Source: Octopus bimaculoides
Taxonomy: Eukaryota
DNA: 45,776 nt
Direction: 5' to 3'
Assembly (NCBI RefSeq): GCF_001194135.2
Contig: NC_068987.1
Location: 26,572,030 to 26,617,805, forward strand
The notes under the pieces are model-generated. The model did no database searches. It saw only the letters and a program-made list of their open reading frames with translations, and had not been told where the DNA came from. A program made the position numbers and the translations under genes. This document shows, piece by piece, positions 37,862 through 45,776 of the stretch (position 1 is its first letter; the number at the start of each line of letters is the position of its first letter).

Positions 37862-38952
37862 ATTTATATACGATCATTTTTCAGATTTGTGCTTTTAATA
37901 ACTTAACAATTATATATAGATTTTATTGGACCAGTATACCAGTATGGTTTTAAACAGGAGGAAGTAAGGGAGTAGTGGGGAAGAAATTCAGATCTATGTT
38001 AATTATGGTGACAACTCTTATATGTTTCGGGTTTATTAGATGCTCTCAACTAGAAGATATTATAAGCTCACAATTTTTTATATTCTTTAAAGCATGCTCT
38101 ACTATTAAATTTATTTGAGATCGGGATGAAAGTTTAAGTCTTTAAAAATACGGCATTGACACTTTAAGCACCGTTTATCCCAATGTTATATGTTTACTGC
38201 CTCGTCGAGTAATTACAAAGCAGCTGAAACTTATTGTATACACGTAAAGCATTACACAATGCTGCATTCTATTTATTGATCGTCTATGTTATCAAGCGAG
38301 ATTTCAGTAATGTTGTACGATACAGCAAATAATTAAGAATCTTAATTCGTAGTTAACTTCATTTATACTATTCGGCAAATTGTCACATTCTTGAGATCTG
38401 TATTGACAAAATTTTGGAAATGTGTAGGCAAATAATCAAATTAGAATAGTATAGCATCACAAGTGAACTCGGAGCGAACCTGAAGCTATTTGCAACTGAG
38501 AACCTGACAAAATGGCATTCAATACTAATGAGTCTAGCTTATAGCTTCTCAAATCTAGTGAACTTTGAACGAGTAGTCGTTAGTTGCCAGAAAAGTGGAG
38601 CAATGACTACGATTATGGTCATATAAACTCCTCAGTTTATAAATAATTGATCGATTGTAACGTATATAAATGTAGAAATTTGATAGATTATGGGTCAGAT
38701 GTCACCTTTACGTAGAATAGCATTAGTATGGCTGGCGCTAAATAATTCCCTGTCGATAATAACACTTTAAAAGTGGTAAGTAACTGAACCAAAATTCCTT
38801 CTTCACAGAGATGCAAGTGCCATTATATTAATGTTAACATTTCTGCTCGTTATGTTAATTCAATGACTATCGTCCGCACCAAATAAACTTGTTCTCTCTT
38901 TTATTATAATTAAATGTTAAACATCGTTTCAAAAAACAAAATACTTAATTAA

Positions 38953-39066
38953 TATTAATTTCAAGCTTTGGCAGAAGGCCAGCAATTGCGGGGAAGGGGA
39001 ATAGTCGATTATATCGATCCCAGTGTTCAACTGGTACTTATTTTATTGACGCCAAGGGTGAAAGCT
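38953..39066 (-). mobile_element. SINE family A, 3' half
   Basis: TTTGGCAGAAGGCCAGCAATTGCGGGGAAGGGG tail and TAGTCGATTATATCGATCCCAGTGTTCAACTGGTACTT core. Confidence 0.82.
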
Positions 39067-39739
39067 CAGAAGGAACGAATGTCAAAAATAGTCTATATTC
39101 ATTTTATAGAAGCAATATTTTAGATGATCGTTCATTCTAGAAGAGGTCACCCCGATTCAATGCTTTAAAAATAAACAACTTCGCAACACGATGCCTTGTT
39201 TCTACTGGTATGCGTAACGCATAAGAAAGAACTTATGCATGGAACATATCTTCCACAATGAACTTCCATGCAGAGAATACAAACTTATCCAGATATTGGA
39301 CAGTAATAGTGTGGAGACAAGTAGTTCGTAAGAACTAACTCAAAAATGCTGTATAATACTATACCTTTAACACATCAATACATAATATACATTTATTTAA
39401 TCTTCAAATACAACGACTGGAGGATAAACTAGCCAAGAAAGTTTATATAATATATACTCACACAAGCACTGATATCAGTTAGATTGCTCTACACACGGCT
39501 TTCTGTTTATCAATATAACAATATCCTAACAAGTTTTCTCAATTTATTGGTTTCATGTGATATTACACCAAGTAAACAATCACTATATCGGTTACTTTTA
39601 GCAAATTGTATAACTTTCTAGCACCAGTCGAACAGAGAGATTCCGACTATATGATGTCAATGATCGTAACAAAGAAATTGTAAAGGCGTCTGGCTTTGTG
39701 GTTACAGCAACGGGTTCATGATCGTAAGGCCCAGATTTC

Positions 39740-39990
39740 GATTACTGGATACAGCACTGCGTATTATTCTAGAACACGACACATTATTTGACTTCCCCAG
39801 ACTGGGGAAGTCAGCGGGAAAGCACTCCAGTATTCATATCAAGTCTAGTCATAGAAGCCGAAATTCCAGTAATCTATTTCACAGTGGCAGAGAAGGGCGA
39901 TCCCGGGTCGTATAGAGATTACTGGAAAAGGCTTACACGCAGAAGACCTGCCCAAGGGCAGGCCACCACTAGCCGAGACCAGATGATCGC
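39740..39990 (+). mobile_element. Possible very old RTE-X-like C-terminal fragment
   Basis: HCVLF*NTTHYLT (cf. ESVLLYGSxTWTLT) and YWKRLTRRRPAQGQATTSRDQM (cf. WxPxHGxRxxGRPATTYxDQL). Weak. Confidence 0.3.
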
Positions 39991-40789
39991 TGGTGCAGTT
40001 GTTTCACTCTTCAACTTCAGTCACCTTTTGGAGAATCGAGATGGTATCTATGCCTGTTCACGAGTATATAAGAATTTAAAACACTGAACGAAAGCACAGT
40101 ATGACTTACTAGGTCATACTTGCTTGTGACTAACATCTAGGCTTCTGTAATTGTTAATGTAATACAGTTGCTATCTTAAAATACAGTCTTGTGGTGCTTT
40201 TATGTTTACTTTTTCGAAAGAAAATATGCATTTAGTGATATTCTACGTTAGATCTGCTGGTTTAATCTCAAATCTTAACAAACTGTCCAGTTCACTACCA
40301 AAAAATTCCAACTTCAGCTCTGATCAGGTGATATAAAAGCAAAAGTACTTCCATTAGCTTCTGTCGTTATACGGAAATGTGCGTAACTTATATTAAAGAA
40401 TTGATAATATATCTTGGTATTTTCACTGGTTTCAACAACTGGATCATCCTAAAAAAACTTGCTTCAAAGACGTCTTTTCGAAAATATAGACCACATAGAT
40501 ATGTTTCTTTTGTATTTTATGGCTCCCAAAGGATACAAAATGTTAAGTGACGTGGGAAACATATTCGGACAAGGATGCTGCAGGGTATTCATCCTCGACA
40601 CATCAGTGTTTATTAGAGTTTATCAAAACGCTGACAAACAAAGACATACGAGCATATATATGTACATGTCAATTAAAAGTAATAGTAAACAATATCAAAT
40701 TTACAGGTACTCTAAATTATTAATACACAGATAGTTTTACCATATGATGGTTTTGCATGCAATGTGGAGATAAGGTTACAGTTCCGCCT

Positions 40790-40791
<2 letters not shown>

Positions 40792-40863
<72 letters not shown>

Positions 40864-40903
40864 NNNNNNNNNNNNNNNACACACACATATATATATATAT
40901 ATA
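40792..40903. repeat. (CA)n/(TA)n microsatellite spanning a gap
   Basis: Read directly. Confidence 0.97.
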
Positions 40904-41269
40904 TGCAGCGAAGAAAAGTTTGGAAGCATATTGCTCTATTTTGGTGTTGCTTTGTTTTATTTTAATGACATGTTGCTTTCTTGAGTGTTCGACTTATGGA
41001 GTTATGTATGTGTGTACCATGTCGATGTTTTCCATTTGAACAGTTTAATGTGCATGTAGGTATATTTGTAGAAAAGCATATATCTGCCTGTCTCTTCAAT
41101 GCCGATTAGCAGGTGAATTATTAAAGAAATTTATTTTCCTTTGCAGATTTTTGAAAAAGAGCTATTTCTGAAGAAATAGTTCAATTAATGGAATTATTTT
41201 GTACTCATTTGTTTCGAAAAGATATCAAAAGATTCCAATACAATGATGTGACATGTGGCGCTATAATTA

Positions 41270-41750
41270 TATAGGAAGAGTTCATTTTCACCAAACGGAC
41301 AAAGAGATGCTTGAATATTCAATATTATCGTCTATTCAACTCCGCATTCGAACCCTTTGGAAAGGCCATCTTCGAAATAGTAAATAAAATACAGTTCATG
41401 AAAGTGCATAGCTCTTCCAGCAAACCTGGTGAACATCGTAAAGCATATCTTCAAATCAAACAAAATATCTGAGACCAACACAAATCATACGATACGTGCA
41501 AAATGAAGTCGAGCACTCGGTTATCCACGGAAAGACAATATCACCAGCAACTGTACACAAACAGCAATGGCTCATTAAACTTTATAATGAACAAGCATGA
41601 ATACATAACAGCGAAGTTGAACACAGATAATGAAACGCCACAAAATCTTTATCAAACTATCATGGATCATAAGTTACATCACGTATGTAGCTACACGATC
41701 TGATTTATAATTTCAACGAAGAACGATGAGTAGAAGATATCTTAAAAAAT
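41270..41750 (+). mobile_element. Penelope-like element fragment (region N-terminal to the RT core)
   Basis: FEPFGKAIFEIVNKIQFMKVHSS, KHIFKSNKI and ITAKLNTDNE..YQTIMDHK (DHK at 41665-41673; cf. PLE AxITLKDHK). Confidence 0.65.
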
Positions 41751-41869
41751 CAAGAACTATTTTAAATTTGCACTAGATATGCACTTTGAAACAGCAGAGT
41801 ATTATCTAGCGGTATATCTTCGTGTTTAATAGATATTGCTGTTGATTTTATGTATTATATAACCTTACT

Positions 41870-42310
41870 GTTCTTCCTTGTTCATTTTGATATGCTTTCT
41901 GTGTTTGGTTATTAGGTTATTCATTCAATTTGATTCATGATTCTTGATATTTGCATAAATTCTGTTTTACTGTCAGCATTGCGGTACAATCATCTATGTT
42001 AAGGCTCCCGACTATGGTTTCAGTATTGTTATTTATAGAATTCTGAAGAGTAATTTGTGTTTGTGCATAGATATTAATGACACGGTTTGTCAGTAAATTA
42101 TTGTAACTATTCCGGATCATTTAGTATATATTCTTTGGTTTGCCTACCTTTCTAAGTATTTTGTTTGATTGATGAATATTCGTTATATTCTCTGTCAATT
42201 TTGCATGGAAAGTGCTGTTCGTTTTCCTCTACTTATATTCCTTACCCTTTCAAAATGTCCATTTCGAAAGGTTCTATTAGTTTGTTGCATCATCTTGTGA
42301 TCCTGAAACA
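41870..42310 (-). mobile_element. Penelope-like element fragment, same region, opposite strand
   Basis: LIEPFEMDIL, NSTFHAKLTENITNIHQSNKI..KPKNIY*M..YNNLL..SINNNTETIVGSLNIDD, then NIKNHESN (cf. TLKDHKxNF). Confidence 0.7.
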
Positions 42311-43346
42311 AAATTTGAATTTTGTGATATTCTTAGTCTTCCATGTCCCTGAGCAACAAATCAATTATGAGTAATTCAGTAAAGAGAAATATTTCTTTTT
42401 CTTAAATGCATTCATTTTAAAGCCCAAAAAGTAACCCACACATTAGCCATATTTATGCCATTTTAGGAGGCACACAAGTGCAAAAACATACACATATGCT
42501 TTGAAATATATATATTATTATTATCTCTCTGTTTATTTTCTCTTATTTCTTTCTCTTGAAGAGCGTAGGCTCGAAACGCAAAAGACTTCATTTTCCCGAG
42601 CGTCAACTAATAAACCAGCTTGTTGTTCATATACCTGTCTTCATCTTTTGTTTTTTTTAATAAATTTCAACTATATATANNNNNNNNNNNNNNNNNNNNN
42701 NNNNNNNNNNNNNNNNNNNNNNNNNNNNNNNNNNNNNNNNNNNNNNNNNNNNNNNNNNNNNNNNNNNNNNNNNNNNNNNNNNNNNNNNNNNNNNNNNNNN
42801 NNNNNNNNNNNNNNNNNNNNNNNNNNNNNNNNNNNNNNNNNNNNNNNNNNNNNNNNNNNNNNNNNNNNNNNNNNNNNNNNNNNNNNNNNNNNNNNNNNNN
42901 NNNNNNNNNNNNNNNNNNNNNNNNNNNNNNNNNNNNNNNNNNNNNNNNNNNNNNNNNNNNNNNNNNNNNNNNNNNNNNNNNNNNNNNNNNNNNNNNNNNN
43001 NNNNNNNNNNNNNNNNNNNNNNNNNNNNNNNNNNNNNNNNNNNNNNNNNNNNNNNNNNNNNNNNGGGGAAGATGCCGTAAAGTTATCGGTTTATTCCAAG
43101 ATATTCAAATCAATAATATGAAATTCATTTACATATTGAAACTGGTTAATTTGGTATTTCATCAGGAGTGAATTTCACAGAAAAGAATTACATTCTAACG
43201 TATTTGTCGAGCCCTTGTCAGACTCAGATGTGAGCCTTTTGGTAATGTATGTATTTGAAAAAAAACTGTTATGAGTATACATATACGTATAAACAAATGT
43301 GTGTGATATAGTTGTGATACATAATAATTCTTATTGGCAGTGGTGT

Positions 43347-43350
43347 TAGA

Positions 43351-43381
<31 letters not shown>

Positions 43382-43410
43382 CTAGAGAGAGAGAGAGCGA
43401 GAAAGATTGA

Positions 43411-43452
<42 letters not shown>

Positions 43453-43490
43453 TTGTAAGAGAAAGAGATAGGTAGAAAAAGAGAGAGAGG
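43347..43490. repeat. (GA)n microsatellite
   Basis: Read directly. Confidence 0.97.
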
Positions 43491-44321
43491 TTGCGGAAGA
43501 GACAGCGGTACTATTCCTCATGCAATTGTGCATGCGTTTATTAAAATTTGGAAGGCAACAATAATATATGACGTATCAAAAACTGTTAATTAAGTATCAT
43601 ATTATAGAATCGCGTCATCCATATTTGTGTGCAATATTTATGATTACTACAACGATGTAAACAAAGAAAAACTTAACACGTAACAAATACAATAGACTGA
43701 AATTTTATATAAAAAACTAAAATTACTAAAATTACTAAAGCCACGACTACTACAAAATCAATACATCTTACCTCTAACTTAGTTTAATAATTATTTTATA
43801 AACTATCAATGACAGATTCATGAGAAACGTGCTTCATTAAATTTATAGCGAACCGCAATGATACTGTTACCTGTGCAGAAAAACATAATATGCAACTGTA
43901 CCATTTAATTAATATTTTGATATCTATATTATATCTACTAAACATTCTTTAATGCTTATATTTGCGAATGCTAGTGTAATAAAACTTGATGTATCAACAG
44001 ATTAACATTTCAAGTAGTTTTAACATATAATAAATTGTTTATAATAATATTATATCCCATGGTATTTTTTTTTGAAAATATATAAACATGCGTGAATGCA
44101 TGAAAAAATCAGTCCCTTTTCTCGTATATAAGATAAAATATTAATATTTCAGTATAATATTCATATGATATCAACTAAGAATTCTAATTCTTTATAGTTA
44201 TTTGTTTTAGTGTGCTAAACATAAAATACTGACCAATTCAAATTACTATTAGCTTTAATATATAATTAATCTATTTATAATAATAATATATCTAATAGTC
44301 GTTTCTGAGTGTCCATTTACA

Positions 44322-44446
44322 TGCGACAGCAATGGGGTAGATCTTTCAGATGGTAAGTATATTAAATAAATGAACAGAAATTTATATAAGTTCCTTGGTG
44401 TTTTACGGTTAGATCAGGCGATGAACGTTAAAATAGAGGAAAAGAT
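44322..44446 (+). repeat. 125-bp direct repeat, copy 1 (R4/Dong-like RT thumb fragment)
   Basis: Matches 45312-45436 at offset 990 with 5 mismatches. Encodes GVDLSDGKYIK*MNRNLYKFLGVL (cf. R4/Dong LPDGxxIK..YKYLG). Confidence 0.9.
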
Positions 44447-44500
44447 GGTGCCCCAGCATGGTTGCAGCCTAACGACTGAAAGGAGTAAATGTTAAAAAGA
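44447..44500 (+). mobile_element. 3' tail fragment of SINE family B
   Basis: GGTGCCCCAGCATGGTTGCAGCCTAACGACTGAAAGGAGTAAA matches the family B 3' end seen (reverse complemented) at 5017-5060. Confidence 0.7.
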
Positions 44501-44559
44501 TTAATGTTACAGGTTACACTGCGTGTGAAGATGATTATTGATGATAAAAAGAACCTCGG

Positions 44560-44790
44560 AGAATACTGAATGAAGATTATTGACGAAAAGAACAACACTG
44601 CCTTGAGAATATGATTTGGTATAACACTTCGAGACAGAGAAAGCAAAAAGAATTTCCAATCTCATAAGCAGTAGCCTCGCTTATAATTTCCCACTTCACA
44701 GAAAAACATATTTTCTTGTCTTTTAAGTCCCAGATGAATTTACTGAGGATTGTACTAGAGGACTTGACCACAACAGCTCTCGATCACTGA
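44560..44790 (-). mobile_element. Penelope-like element endonuclease C-terminal fragment
   Basis: ORF 44577..44771 STILSKFIWDLKDKKICFSVKWEIISEATAYEIGNSFCFLCLE matches the PLE pattern TxLSKYIWxLK..IKWxI..A..Y....C.LCL.E. Confidence 0.8.
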
Positions 44791-44899
44791 ACTTGCTATC
44801 TCTTCAGTGTTGGAATAACTGTCACCCATTAAAAAGGCCCCTGCACACTGGAATAGTTGGGTAGAGCAATGAAAGGATCAATGCGAGGAAGAGCTGGTC

Positions 44900-45260
44900 A
44901 AATCATTTATCGGGGTACACGATTTAAATACTTTGGCGGTAATATCCAAGAAAAGAAAGATAATTTTTATGTAAGAAAGGACTGCCATGGGTCGCAATGA
45001 AGAAATTGGAAAATATATGGAAATCTGCCATAAACAGAAAACTGAAGCTACTTTCTAATAGACAACACAGAAACCTGGACCGTAGTACAAAACCCGGAAA
45101 TAGAAATAGACGGTTTATATACTAAGTTATTAAGAGGTTTTACCACCAGTTGGAGAGATCATGTAACCAACAGAGCAAACGCCGAGGCCTGCCATGGCTG
45201 TCAGGCAACATCAAGCAGAGAGAATTATGCTTTGCTGCCCATTGCCACAAAGTTGGGGAC
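44900..45260 (+). mobile_element. RTE-X-like LINE RT C-terminal fragment
   Basis: KYFG (44926-44937), ENIWKSAINRKLKL, TETWT..IDGLYTKLLR..SWRDHVTN (45148-45171) and LPWLSGNIKQRELCFAAHC. Confidence 0.8.
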
Positions 45261-45311
45261 TAATAGATTTTTAAGCTTTTATTTTGGTCACCATCAGGAA
45301 ATAGGTGACGC

Positions 45312-45436
45312 TGCGACAGAAATGGGGTAGATCTTTCAGATGGTAAGTATCTTAAATAAATGAACAGACATTTATATAAGTTCCTTGGTGTTTTACGGTT
45401 AGATCAGGCGATGGACATTAAAATAGAGGAAAAGAT
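45312..45436 (+). repeat. 125-bp direct repeat, copy 2
   Basis: Second copy of 44322-44446. Confidence 0.9.
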
Positions 45437-45612
45437 TATATGATTAGACGTTACAAGAGTGAAGAAACAGCGAGAAAGATAATGATGACTTCATACAAGA
45501 AGACGTGTAGCATGGATTTTTCTGCCAAGGAAGGAAGGAAGAAAAAAGATTGACTGGAGTATATGAGAGTGTACGGAATGAGAGCAATTTCATTGCATTC
45601 CTATCTTAGGAA

Positions 45613-45776
45613 GGGCAATGAGTGACTGTGTGGTGAGATTACCTCTCAGCCACATGATTCCGGGTTCAGTTCCACTGCGTGGTATCTTGGGCAAGTGTCT
45701 TCTACAATAGCCTCGATCCGACCCAAATCTTGTGAGTGAATTTGGTAGACGGAACCTTTAAAAACCCGTCGTATAT
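45613..45776 (+). mobile_element. SINE family B, 5' half, cut by window end
   Basis: GTGACTGTGTGGTGAG..CCACATGATTCCGGGTTCAGTTCCACTGCGTGG..TTGGGCAAGTGTCTTCTAC..GTGAGTGAATTTGGTAGACGGAA. Confidence 0.92.

Noticed and set aside
44340-44358. CTTTCAG-ATG-GTAAGT as a 3-nt microexon (repeated at ~45330-45348)
   Set aside because: Falls inside the Dong-like coding fragment (L-S-D-G-K-Y), which explains the sequence.

Overview
AT-rich, microsatellite-dense animal DNA from a gapped assembly. There are 13 N-gaps, at about 5502-5763, 6424-6662, 8666-9590, 13593-13602, 17355-17485, 18165-18174, 22038-22170, 23508-23580, 32239-32324, 33538-33547, 35448-35457, 40864-40878 and 42680-43065. The tRNA-derived SINE families and repeat landscape look like an Octopus (coleoid cephalopod) genome; this is inference from recalled repeat families, not a database match. 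I found no host protein-coding exon, rRNA, true tRNA gene or CRISPR array, so the window is intergenic or a long intron. It is a transposon graveyard: two mariner remnants, a hAT (TTF zinc finger plus DUF4371) pseudogene, a short Charlie-like hAT fragment, RTE/BovB-like, RTE-X-like, R4/Dong-like and Penelope-like fragments, and three SINE families (called A, B and C here). Most long ORFs in the track are microsatellite or N artefacts. The main points for follow-up are: a strong minus-strand bias of retroelements over 1-39 kb that flips near 39.5 kb; a 125-bp direct repeat bracketing a mosaic of unrelated retroelement fragments; a fold-back MITE-like element; an inverted pair of Penelope-like fragments; a palindrome-rich GC island; and a degenerate hammerhead-like motif. 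I see no convincing novel gene system; these findings are structural hypotheses.
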